From the NCBI GenBank assembly GCA_030141605.1, contig JAQGDQ010000347.1, positions 131,959 to 195,958 of the forward strand: a DNA stretch of 64,000 nt. Reading direction: 5' to 3'. The position numbers were made by a program, and so were the translations under genes. The notes under the pieces are model-generated. The model was not told the origin of the DNA, did not search any database, and saw only the letters and a program-made list of their open reading frames with translations. This document shows, piece by piece, positions 51,027-61,178 of this stretch. This DNA is from Tubiluchus corallicola. Lineage: Eukaryota > Animalia > Priapulida. Each line of letters starts with the position of its first letter. The first letter of the stretch is position 1.

Positions 51027-52631
51027 TTAACTTCGCTTACTCTTGTTCAAATACTCTTCTAAAAATTTTTGATCATTTTCGTCACTATCTCCATACTTTG
51101 CTCGCACTTCTTTTAACTTAACATGCATTGCCTCTCTAAGTTCCGCATACGAAGGATCATTGTAGACATTGTTCATCTCCGAAGGATCTTTCTCTAAGTC
51201 ATAAAGCTCCCAAGTATCAGAATCATAATAAAAATGTATCAGCTTGTACCGTTCCGTTCGTATGCCGTAGTGCCTTTGAACATTGTGTTCACCAGGAAAT
51301 TCGTAATAGGTATAATAAATCGCATCGCGCCACTGCTCTGTATCTCCACTTACAATCTGTCGGAATGATTCTCCCTGAATATCACCGGGAATAGTAGCAT
51401 TGGCATAATCTAGAAATGTTGGGGCAAAATCAAGGTTTTGAATAAGTTTATCGGTTTGCGTACCTGCCATAATCTCTTTTGGATAGCGCATAATAATAGG
51501 TGTCCTAAATGACTCCTCATACATAAAGCGTTTATCGAACCAGCCATGTTCACCTAAATAGAACCCTTGATCTGAAGTATATACAACTATTGTATTTTCA
51601 GTTAAATTATTTTCATCCAAGTAGTCCAGTACTTCCCCTACTCCATCATCTACCGATTGAATGGTACTTAAGTAATCCTTCATATAACGATTAAACTTCC
51701 ATAAGGCCAATTCTTTTCCTTTAGGACTCCTCTTTTTGAAATCTGATATGATTGGTTTGTAGTATTTATCCCACACGGCTTTTTGGGCAGAATCCATTCG
51801 ATTATATATGCCCTTTGCCGCCCCCCGGTATTTTGTTTGAATGTCACCTTCCTCATCCAGCATTTTTAAGTCATACACCAAATCCATATGTTCTAAAATA
51901 CCCATTTCATGGTTTTTAGCAACCGGACGTGACTCGTAATCATCAAAAAAGTTAGCTGGTGGGGTAAATACTGAGTCTTCAAACAGGCCTAAATATTTCT
52001 CTTCAGGCATCCAGGTTCTATGTGGTGCTTTTTGATGATAAAGTAATAAAAATGGTTTATCCGGATTACGCTTATTTTTAAGCCAGTCTAGTGCAATTTC
52101 TGTGGTTAAGGTTGTGCAATAACCTTCATATCTTTTTTTCTCCCCATTTTCAATAAAGTCGGGATTGTAATAATGTCCTTGTCCTGGTAATACATTGGTA
52201 TAATCAAACCCTTGAGGTTGACCCGATATATGGATTTTCCCAACTAACGCGGTTTGATATCCAACTTTTTGAAGTTGCTTCGCAAAGTTGTCCTGATTCC
52301 AATTAAAATTAGTTATATTATTAATTTTCCCATTAACAAAGCTATGTTTACCTGTGAGCATAACTGCACGACTGGGGGCACAAATTGAATTCGTCACGTA
52401 ACCGTGGGTGAATAAAACTCCTTCATTTGCAATTCGATCAATATTAGGCGTACTGTTTAAATTATGACCATAAGCACTTATAGCCTGATAAGCATGATCA
52501 TCACTCATTATAAAGATAATATTAGGTTGCTTATATTCCTTTTCTCTTATCTCATTACACGCAAATACAAATAGAGAGCATAGGACTCCCAAGGAGATTT
52601 TCAGTAACATATTTATTATTTTCATTTTCAT
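51027..52631 (-). CDS. Cys-type S1 sulfatase, probable N-acetylglucosamine-6-sulfatase
   Basis: SDDHAYQAIS, SICAPSRA, HQKAPHRTW, SDQGFYLGEHGWFDKRFMYEES; adjacent to GH20. Confidence 0.88.
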   Translation of the reverse strand: MKMKIINMLLKISLGVLCSLFVFACNEIREKEYKQPNIIFIMSDDHAYQAISAYGHNLNSTPNIDRIANEGVLFTHGYVTNSICAPSRAVMLTGKHSFVNGKINNITNFNWNQDNFAKQLQKVGYQTALVGKIHISGQPQGFDYTNVLPGQGHYYNPDFIENGEKKRYEGYCTTLTTEIALDWLKNKRNPDKPFLLLYHQKAPHRTWMPEEKYLGLFEDSVFTPPANFFDDYESRPVAKNHEMGILEHMDLVYDLKMLDEEGDIQTKYRGAAKGIYNRMDSAQKAVWDKYYKPIISDFKKRSPKGKELALWKFNRYMKDYLSTIQSVDDGVGEVLDYLDENNLTENTIVVYTSDQGFYLGEHGWFDKRFMYEESFRTPIIMRYPKEIMAGTQTDKLIQNLDFAPTFLDYANATIPGDIQGESFRQIVSGDTEQWRDAIYYTYYEFPGEHNVQRHYGIRTERYKLIHFYYDSDTWELYDLEKDPSEMNNVYNDPSYAELREAMHVKLKEVRAKYGDSDENDQKFLEEYLNKSKRS

Positions 52632-52748
52632 ATTTTAACTTATAGTAGTATGAAAATTATATACTATGTTAAGTCGACTAAGAAAATAATAAACTCATGA
52701 GAGCAATCCTTAAACGCTTTAACCTTCGCTTTATCATATTCATACCAC

Positions 52749-54305
52749 TGTTTAACTTCAAAACTAAATGGTCAAATTAGAGCCTAAAGTTAAGAGATAG
52801 TTTTGTAATTCAAATTCTCTTTTTTATGGTGATGATAATTCACTGTTGACTTGTTGGAAACTCGCAGAGTTTTCAATAAATCAAAAGTGCTACACTGCGA
52901 TTTTCTGATTCCTTTTTCTTCTTTCATTTAGCGTTTTTATTTTAATATTTTCACGATTGCCCAGTAACTGTTTTTGCCTTCCAAAATACACGTCGGCAGG
53001 TGTAACATTCTTGAGTGATTCATGATACCGGTGGTTGTTGTAATTATCTACAAACTCCTGTAGAACCGTCCTTAGTTCATCAGGAAAGTAGTAGTTATCC
53101 AACTTTACCTGATTTTTCATGGTGCGGTGGTAACGCTCAATTTTCCCTTATGTTTGAGGGTGGTATGGGGCTCCGTACATGTCCCATTTTGGTATCTTTT
53201 AAAAAGCTTTGAAACTCGTTTGATATGTAGCACGCTCCATTATCGGAGAGTAACCTGGGACAATCGCCTGCAGGTATTTTGGCCGTATGTAAAGCCTTTT
53301 GAATAACATGCTTGGCATCGGCCGACTCCATGCTTTGGCAAAGCTCCCAGGTGACGATATACCTTGAATAATCGTCCATTACGGTAGCCAAATAATACCA
53401 GCCCCATCCAATGATTTTAAAGTAGGTGAAATCGGTTTGCCATTGCTGGTGCACACGCGTGGTCTTATCTTTAAAATCATCGGATGCAGCCATTAAAAGC
53501 CACGCAGGAGATGTGATTAGCACTTGCTCTTTGAGAATCCGATATACGCTGGTTTCGCTGATAAACCACTTTTGATGGTCGGTGATGTGGTGGGCTAGTT
53601 CCCTAGGCGATAAGTCTGTACGTTACAAAGCGGTGTCTAAAACCAGTTCTCGTTCTTTGTTGGATATCTTGTTCCAAAACTTTTTGCGTTTTACCGGCTT
53701 GGGCTTGAGTGAATCATATCATCCCTCAAAGAAGCGTTTGTACCACTCGTAAAAGGTACTTCGGCTGATGTCAAACTCTTCAAGTGTGCGCTTAACTCCG
53801 AATTCCGAATCTTGAACAATACAGATAATTTCCATCTTTTCACTGGCGCTTCGTCTCATATATTTATAAGTTACTCGGTTCCAGTTAAGCTTTTTTTAAG
53901 CATGCGTACTTCCAAATTCAGCTCTGCTACAAGCTGCTTTAGGTCGTGGTTCTCGTTCTTTAAACCGTTTACTTCGCCCGATGTAGCTTCCCGTTTAATG
54001 TCACCTGCAAGACGTTTTTTGCCAGCTTCCATAAAATCTTTACTCCACTTGTAATAAAGGTTCGCGTTGATGCCTTCTTTTCAGCATAACTCGGCAATGC
54101 TATATTCGCCACGCATGCCCTCTAGTACAATCCTGATTTTTTCTTCAGCTGATTACTTCTTCCTCGGGTGTCTCTTAATCTCTTTTACCTTTTGTTCGGT
54201 AGTCTGTTTTTTGCCTTAATCTTACTCGTTTTTATTGGTTATAATTTAAGAAATGTCTCTCTTAATTTTTAAACCAATTTGTCCGAATTAAGCTGAAGAT
54301 TTACA
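52749..54305 (-). mobile_element. IS3/IS481-type insertion sequence, copy 2 (inactivated), inverted relative to copy 1
   Basis: Near-identical reverse complement of 21106..22666, with the same stops plus an extra TGA and a 2-nt deletion near 53175. No target duplication. Confidence 0.93.
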
Positions 54306-55429
54306 TTCTGTTCAGGATACATTAAGGTAAAATAAGGGAATACAGCTCGAAACGTATCCCAAAACCCATTATCCGTAAACATATACCCTGATAACACTTC
54401 TCCGTTATACGGACTGTAATGAACAATCGCCTCATCTTTATTCACCTCATAGAACGTACGCGGAAATAGCAGCACTCTGTATAAGGTCGAATAAAAAGTG
54501 CGCATATAATCTGTATTATCAGTTTTGACGCTCACTCTGCCCAACTCTTCATTCCATTTGGATTGGGCACTCGCCTTAATTTCGTCAAAAGTACGTTGAC
54601 CAATCTCTCTATCAAGGTTTAACTGAGCCTGCTCGTGACTGATAAACGAAGAAGCCACCTTAGCATTGACCTGCTGCCCTCGTTTTGTCTTAAATCCTAG
54701 AATGGCTCCCACCCGTTCATCCTCTGCCAGGTTTACGTTGGGCTGAAGAATAGTATCGTTCCAGGTATGTGTTATGTCAAAATCAGTGTCAAACTGAAGT
54801 ACAAAATAGTTATGAAAATTATCGGGTACTCCGCCTCTATTGTTCCTGCAATATCCGATAACTTTGCGCTCTTCTGGTATTATTTTCACCATCGAACCAC
54901 CTTTAAATCCATCTATAAGGACATAAGACTGATCATTTTCAGGAAAAGTAAAATGAAAAGCGGCTGCTCTGCTGGTTGGAGCTACCTCCACCTTTGTATC
55001 ATAATCGGCTAAATAAACGCTGTAATAATGGGGACTTACCTCCTCTGCTTTATGCGAAAACCATGAAGCACGTTCACTCTCCTTAAATTTCAAATCACCG
55101 GTAACGGCCATAAGTGCAAAAGCAGCATAATCATTTATCCAAGGGCTAGGCTGATGAGTCTGCTTAAACCCTTTAATTAAATGATCGCGGTAATTGTAGG
55201 TCCAGCCATCTCCAAAATCAGCTGTCATTGGCGTCCAGAAATTCATCCCCCAAGGCACTGCAATAGCCGGGTATGTATTGCCATTTGACAATGAAAAGTG
55301 GGAATCAGCGCCCATTAGGGGATTCACAAAGTCGGTATACTGCACCTGGGAATCTGACTCATTGGAATCGTTGCAGGCAAAGGCAAGCAAAACCAGTAAG
55401 AACATAACGAATTTGAAAAGTGGCTTCAT
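54306..55429 (-). pseudogene. GH92 alpha-mannosidase truncated by IS copy 2
   Basis: VNPLMG…SNGNTYP, KQTHQPSPWINDY, TDNGFWDTFRA. The frame runs into the IS at 54305, and the C-terminal half is missing beyond the IS. Confidence 0.9.
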
Positions 55430-55443
55430 AGCTATCCTTTTTT

Positions 55444-56778
55444 CTACCTAACAGGCATCTTTTCAGTTAACGGCAGTTCTTTTCTTAACATGACAGCCGC
55501 TTTACCTGTTAACCAAAGATAATGATCAGACGGCACACCATCATTATCAACAAATTGTGTATCGTTGCTATTGGGAGGTGTATCAGAGACTTTCATAATG
55601 GCCGTGCCTTCGTCTATTTCGTCAAACATCGCCACATAAATCATGGAAGCACCTGCTGTGATATAAGTACTTAACTGATCCCAATAAAAACGCCCTCCCA
55701 TGCGGGGAATAGCTCCATATGTTGTGTAATCAGCAACTCCTTTTTCTATTTTGGCCAGGTTACACCAGCTAAAACCGGGATAGGCAATTGGCATGTAATC
55801 AACACCTTTTTCCTTACTCCACTGAATATCAGCAAGCACATGATCAAGTAAATGTTGTTTATGCTTATGAACCAATGGCGTAAAACGTTGCACCATCCAT
55901 GGCAACACGATATCAGCCGATACGATTAGCTCATGAAGGTATGGGTCCTTGACACAATCCTTATCCAGATCGCGAAAATAGGTTGGCACTCCCAATAAAA
56001 CACTACACCCTCCATAAACAGGATCATTCTTTAGAAAATCGATCAGACGGTTTAGGCCAATGTTTCGAATATTGTATGGCCGATCCGGAAAACCAACTCC
56101 CCATATGGCAACCAGTGGTTTCCCATTGTGGTATAGATAGGTTTGATCTTCACCCTGATTGGTCAACCTTAATTTATCAACCAGCATTTTCCAGTCTTCA
56201 ATAATAGCTGAACAATCTTCTCCGCTTGCTTTTAAGCCCGATAAATCATACATCAAAGCAATGGCCCTTCCATTCGATTTTGCTGCTTCCAACGCATTTT
56301 TCAGAATCACATCGTGACTTTTATTAAGGTTGGTATGTTGACGAGCCACACCAAAAAAACGTTGCATAAATACGCCATCCACACCATATTCCTTCATCCA
56401 CTTAAAATGCAATTCCGTTGTACTTTTATCTACAGAACTAAATACTCTGGCAGGTGTCCCGTCAGCATTTTTGAAAGATGTTTCATAGGTTTTTTTGTAC
56501 TCAGTTACATCCGGCCAAAAATCAATGGTATTATGCTTGTTATCAAAACGGCCTTTATATCCGTAATGTCCCCATTCGTTGCCACTACCATCACCAGGTG
56601 CTCTGAACCAGCCTTGATATCCGGCCATTATTAAACCTTTGGTGCTTCTATATTTCGACGTATTACCATGCTTAATCTGTGCTGAAGCCAAACTACAAAT
56701 CTGGATCAACACCAACACCATGCCAAGTATTTTTTTCATTACTATCCTATTTAAAAAGGTTTTTATTCGGCTTGTCAC
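55444..56778 (-). CDS. GH71/GH99-like glycoside hydrolase
   Basis: MAGYQGWF, HFKWMKEYGVDGVFMQRF, MYDLSG, WGVGF, YPGFSW, YVAMFDEIDEGTA; likely ATG at 56739. Confidence 0.8.
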   Translation of the reverse strand: MTSRIKTFLNRIVMKKILGMVLVLIQICSLASAQIKHGNTSKYRSTKGLIMAGYQGWFRAPGDGSGNEWGHYGYKGRFDNKHNTIDFWPDVTEYKKTYETSFKNADGTPARVFSSVDKSTTELHFKWMKEYGVDGVFMQRFFGVARQHTNLNKSHDVILKNALEAAKSNGRAIALMYDLSGLKASGEDCSAIIEDWKMLVDKLRLTNQGEDQTYLYHNGKPLVAIWGVGFPDRPYNIRNIGLNRLIDFLKNDPVYGGCSVLLGVPTYFRDLDKDCVKDPYLHELIVSADIVLPWMVQRFTPLVHKHKQHLLDHVLADIQWSKEKGVDYMPIAYPGFSWCNLAKIEKGVADYTTYGAIPRMGGRFYWDQLSTYITAGASMIYVAMFDEIDEGTAIMKVSDTPPNSNDTQFVDNDGVPSDHYLWLTGKAAVMLRKELPLTEKMPVR

Positions 56779-59047
56779 CCATCACAAATTCAATGGTTGC
56801 ACCTGCCATTAACTCACTATGGTCAATGAAGGGTGAACTGAGTGCTTTACCATTTATTGAAGCCGACTGTATGTAGCAATTGGTATCAGTATTGTTTTTA
56901 GTACGAATCTGCACTTTATTACCATTTTCAAGTGCAATTTCAACCTTATCAAACATAGGTCTGCCAATTGAGTAACTGGGGTTACCCGGAGTAACCGAAT
57001 AGAAACCCATAGCATTTAATACATACCAGGCCGACATCTGACCACAATCTTCGTTGCCGGCAAGACCGTTAGGATCATTAAAGTATAAGTCATTCATGAT
57101 CTGATTGAGCAAAGCCTGACTTTTCCATTCTTGTCCTGCATAATTATACAGATGAGCTACATGGTGGCTTGGCTCATTGCCATGAGCGTACTGACCAATC
57201 AAGCCTGAAATATCACTCGAAACATGATCTCCAACCAATTCAGAACTGGTGTTAAACAGGGTATCCAATTTTACGGCCATCTGGTCAGCTCCTCCATAAA
57301 GCGCCATTAACCCTTCTACATCGTGAGGCGCAAACCAACTCCATTGGTATGCATTTCCTTCTACATAATCATCTGAGCGATGATCTGAACGTCGCGGATT
57401 AAAAGGTTCGCGCCAATTTCCATCTTTGTCTTTACCCCGCATAAAACCCGTTTCAGCATCAAAGTATTTTGCATATCGCTTTGATCGTTCCATGAAGAAG
57501 GCATGGTCATCTACTTTGCCGAGTTCCTTAGCCATTTGTGCAATACACCAATCATTGTATGCGTACTCCAGAGCCTTTCCAACTGATTCTGGCTCCATGT
57601 CACATGGTATATAGCCCAAATCATGGTTATAACGCTTCGCCAACGGCATAACCTTGTTTTGAACTGACTTATTCGGAAACAGAATACCTTCCGATTGATA
57701 AAAAGCCGAATGAGTAATGGCTTCATAAGCCTTGTCCACATCAAAATTGCGTTGCCCTTTCATATAAGCATCAACAATAACCGGGACGGCATGGTAACCA
57801 ATCATGCAACCAGTGTAATTGCCTACCAGCTCCCACATTGGCAATACTCCTCCTTCATCATACTTCCTGAGCAATGATTGTATAAACTGGTTATTTTGAT
57901 CACTATTTATAATCGTCTGTAAAGGATGGAAGGCCCGAAATGTATCCCACAATGAAAAAACAGTGTGCATTTCACCGTCTGTATGATACAACTTCTTATC
58001 CATACCCCGGTAACGACCATCTACATCGGAAAACAAATAAGGACTTAATGAAGTATGGTAAAGAGAGGTATAAAAAATGGCAAGCTTATCCAGGTCTTTT
58101 CCATTAACATTGATCTTACCTAACTCATCTCTCCAAACTAAATGTGCATTCTCACGAACTTTATTAAAATCCCAATCGGTCAATTCAGCTGCCAAATTTT
58201 TTGATGCCCCTTCATTATCGACATGCGAAATACCCACTTTTACCAACAGCTCCTCTCCTTGATCCAAATCAAAAGTCAGCACAGCTTTCAGCTTATCTCC
58301 TTCTGCATGCACCATATCAGAGAATGGTTCGTTACCATTATACAGTTGACAAGTAAAAGGTTTGTTAAATACTGCCTTAAAAAAAGCACGTTGCTCCATG
58401 GCCCATCCTGATGATTTTTTCATCCCTTGTATGGTATGTCCATCAAGTACCGACAGTTCATGTTCCGGCCCACGATCAGGATAAATATTATGCGACAAGT
58501 CAATGATTAATCTGGCTGTATCCCTTCCATGATAAGTGTAGCGATGAAATCCGGCTCGCTTGGATACTGTCAACTCTGCATCAACGGCATAATCTTTTAA
58601 CCAAACTGAATAATAGCCCGGACTGGCAGTTTCCTCTTCATGCGAAAAACGCGAACGATACCCGTTATCAACCTGATCAGGTGAACCAGCTTCTGTTTTC
58701 ACTGTGCCTGTAAAGGGCATAAACAAAAAATCTCCCAGATCACTTATTCCTGTTCCACTGAGATGAGTATGAGAAAAACCAATGATGGAACTATCTGAAT
58801 AATGATAACCACCACAGGCATCCCAACCTATGGTTCTGGTGTCCGGACTTAGCTGCACCATTGCGTGCGGTAGTGTAGCGCCAGGAAATGTATGACCATG
58901 TCCACCAGTACCAATAAAGGTATTAACGTATATGGTATTATCTGAAACTTCTTCAGATGTCCATTGTATATTTACTGCAGCAACTAAAAGAACCGTCGCA
59001 ATAAATGCGATTATTAACAATCTTATTTTCATTTTTAATTCTTTCAA
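56747..59047 (-). CDS. GH92 alpha-mannosidase
   Basis: IGTGGHGHTFPGA, FSHTHLSGTG, FSLWDTFRA, YVEGNA, QYAHGNEPSHH, GNEDCGQMSAW. Confidence 0.95.
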   Translation of the reverse strand: MKELKMKIRLLIIAFIATVLLVAAVNIQWTSEEVSDNTIYVNTFIGTGGHGHTFPGATLPHAMVQLSPDTRTIGWDACGGYHYSDSSIIGFSHTHLSGTGISDLGDFLFMPFTGTVKTEAGSPDQVDNGYRSRFSHEEETASPGYYSVWLKDYAVDAELTVSKRAGFHRYTYHGRDTARLIIDLSHNIYPDRGPEHELSVLDGHTIQGMKKSSGWAMEQRAFFKAVFNKPFTCQLYNGNEPFSDMVHAEGDKLKAVLTFDLDQGEELLVKVGISHVDNEGASKNLAAELTDWDFNKVRENAHLVWRDELGKINVNGKDLDKLAIFYTSLYHTSLSPYLFSDVDGRYRGMDKKLYHTDGEMHTVFSLWDTFRAFHPLQTIINSDQNNQFIQSLLRKYDEGGVLPMWELVGNYTGCMIGYHAVPVIVDAYMKGQRNFDVDKAYEAITHSAFYQSEGILFPNKSVQNKVMPLAKRYNHDLGYIPCDMEPESVGKALEYAYNDWCIAQMAKELGKVDDHAFFMERSKRYAKYFDAETGFMRGKDKDGNWREPFNPRRSDHRSDDYVEGNAYQWSWFAPHDVEGLMALYGGADQMAVKLDTLFNTSSELVGDHVSSDISGLIGQYAHGNEPSHHVAHLYNYAGQEWKSQALLNQIMNDLYFNDPNGLAGNEDCGQMSAWYVLNAMGFYSVTPGNPSYSIGRPMFDKVEIALENGNKVQIRTKNNTDTNCYIQSASINGKALSSPFIDHSELMAGATIEFVMGDKPNKNLFK

Positions 59048-59055
59048 CAGCTGTT

Positions 59056-60384
59056 TTAACGTTGAGGCTGAGTAATACCATAAGAACCTTCTCCTTTAAA
59101 CCATCGTGCAGCCTGACCTGTCAGCCATAAATAATGATCACTTTCCACTTCTTCTTCGATTCCTACAAAACGCAAGTCGCCATTCAATGGAAGATTACCT
59201 TCTTTTAAACACTTAAAAATCGCAGTACCCTCATCTACTTCATCAAACATTGCAACATAAAGAGATTTCGCTCCTGATAACTTGGCATTTGCAATTTGAT
59301 GCCAAAGAAAATCACCTTTTTCTCTTTTTATTTGATCATAGTTATTTGGTTCATTCTTTAAATTACCCCAGCTAAATCCAGGAAATACAAGCGGAGCATA
59401 ATCAACCCCCATAGATTCGCATTTTGAAATATCTGATGGTATTGTTCTAGTTGCTAAATCATATGATTCATTATTATACCTACCTACAGCCCATGGCATT
59501 ATAACATCAGCTTCTCTTATCATTTCGTGAAGAACAGGTGAATTTTCGGTATCATTCTTCATTTCACGCCAATAATAAGGCACACCCAACATGATAGAAG
59601 AGGGGAGGCTTGCATTTTTAATATTCATCATCAATCGCTTAGTGTCTGTCAAGCTGTATTTTCTATTATCATTAAATCCAACGCCCCAAATAGCAACCAA
59701 TGGTTTACCATTATGACGAAGATATGATGGGTGTTTCTCATTATTGAAAAGATCAAATTTACTTTGTAATTCCTTCCAATCGATATATACAATATCCAGC
59801 TCTTCAGGAGTACTTCCACTTAGATCGTACATCACTGCAATGGCGCGATCGTATTTCTTTGCTGCTTTCAAAGCATTGTCAAGTACTTTATTAAAATGGC
59901 TTTTGCCACTTGGATTTTTAATTTCTGAAACAAAACGCTGCATATACACTCCATCAATTCCGTATTCTTGCATCCATTTAAAATGAAGATCAACTGTTTC
60001 ATAGTCATAAGGGCTATAAACGTGAGCCGGTTCACCATTTTCAAAGCTAAAAGCAGTTTGATAAGTCACTTCATACTCGCTTACATCAGGCCAAAAATCT
60101 ATTGTAGAAACACCTGGTCTGAACTCATTTCCTTTTTTATAATGATGCCAACCTCTATCTGCTCCATCACCTTCAGCATTAAACCATCCTTGATATCCAC
60201 ACATTACTAACCCAACATAGCTGGTATAGGAACAACCTGTTTCATCATAAATTGGTTTATCCGGCTTATCCGGCACTTCAATAGGTGGTTCTTCAGTAAT
60301 TGTTTCTTTTTTGCAACTAAAAGCCATTGACATAATTAAAATCAACCCACCAGCTATTATTCCAGATAGTTTCATATCTCCCAT
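59056..60384 (-). CDS. GH71/GH99-like glycoside hydrolase lipoprotein (paralogue of 55444..56778)
   Basis: Lipobox AFSC; MCGYQGWF, HFKWMQEYGIDGVYMQRF, FPGFSW, YVAMFDEVDEGTA. Confidence 0.8.
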   Translation of the reverse strand: MGDMKLSGIIAGGLILIMSMAFSCKKETITEEPPIEVPDKPDKPIYDETGCSYTSYVGLVMCGYQGWFNAEGDGADRGWHHYKKGNEFRPGVSTIDFWPDVSEYEVTYQTAFSFENGEPAHVYSPYDYETVDLHFKWMQEYGIDGVYMQRFVSEIKNPSGKSHFNKVLDNALKAAKKYDRAIAVMYDLSGSTPEELDIVYIDWKELQSKFDLFNNEKHPSYLRHNGKPLVAIWGVGFNDNRKYSLTDTKRLMMNIKNASLPSSIMLGVPYYWREMKNDTENSPVLHEMIREADVIMPWAVGRYNNESYDLATRTIPSDISKCESMGVDYAPLVFPGFSWGNLKNEPNNYDQIKREKGDFLWHQIANAKLSGAKSLYVAMFDEVDEGTAIFKCLKEGNLPLNGDLRFVGIEEEVESDHYLWLTGQAARWFKGEGSYGITQPQR

Positions 60385-60393
60385 TTTTTATGA

Positions 60394-60419
60394 AATAGGG
60401 CGTTGATTAACGCCCTATT
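60394..60419 (-). terminator. Intra-PUL hairpin between DUF3823 and the enzyme genes
   Basis: AATAGGGCGTT-gatt-AACGCCCTATT. Confidence 0.7.
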
Positions 60420-60460
60420 CAATTATATTTCTTTTGCGTTCTTCTCTATCAAATCAACTA

Positions 60461-61171
60461 TTATTCCACCATCAAACGAACCGGTGCACTATAATTATAT
60501 TTCGCTTCATCTGCTTTAATCAGTGCTCCAATTCTGAAATGGTATTCATTTCCTAAAATGAATTTTTTATCGCCAGAAACATCCATGACCAGTTCAAATT
60601 CCTCGTTAGGATCAACCACTCTATTTAATGTTTCCATCCTACTTTTAACCTGCAGAATTTCACAGACCGAAGGTGATTCATGAGCAAACAGCGCAACACT
60701 TACCACATTATTAGCAACATTTTGTTCAAGCTTAAATCTTGCTGTAATTTCCGTCCCATTTACTGTTATAGATGGATCCTTAATACGGATATATGGCAAA
60801 ACTTCAAAGTTCTGAACAGTTTGACCTGATATGTTAATATCAATAGTATCAGTTTCTGGTTGAGGAATAAAATTACCCCTTCTTAATGGCACAATCTTAT
60901 AAGCTCCAGCAAATATCATATCGTTACGATAAGTTCCATCAGCCTTAACTACTAAATACCTAGGCTGTGGATTTTCAAAACCTTGCTCGATAATTTCAAT
61001 TTTAGTACCACTTATAATGGCTCCTTGTACAGGTTCTCCTGTATCAACATCCAGTATAGCTCCAGATAATGAGGCATCAGGACCAGGGTAGTTATCAAGT
61101 TCACATGAACTTAGTCCCAATATCGTAAGTAGAACAACTGTAACCAGTTTTATATTTTTCATCGCGTACAT
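60461..61171 (-). CDS. DUF3823 family PUL lipoprotein
   Basis: LSSCELDNYPGPDASLSG…DGTYRN..IFAGAY…GNF, FEVLPY; follows susD. Confidence 0.85.
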   Translation of the reverse strand: MYAMKNIKLVTVVLLTILGLSSCELDNYPGPDASLSGAILDVDTGEPVQGAIISGTKIEIIEQGFENPQPRYLVVKADGTYRNDMIFAGAYKIVPLRRGNFIPQPETDTIDINISGQTVQNFEVLPYIRIKDPSITVNGTEITARFKLEQNVANNVVSVALFAHESPSVCEILQVKSRMETLNRVVDPNEEFELVMDVSGDKKFILGNEYHFRIGALIKADEAKYNYSAPVRLMVE

Positions 61172-61178
61172 TTTTTTA

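Noticed and set aside
21106-54305. 33-kb composite transposon bounded by the two IS copies
   Set aside because: The outer flanks show no target duplication, both transposases are dead, and the interval contains a chromosomal tRNA locus.
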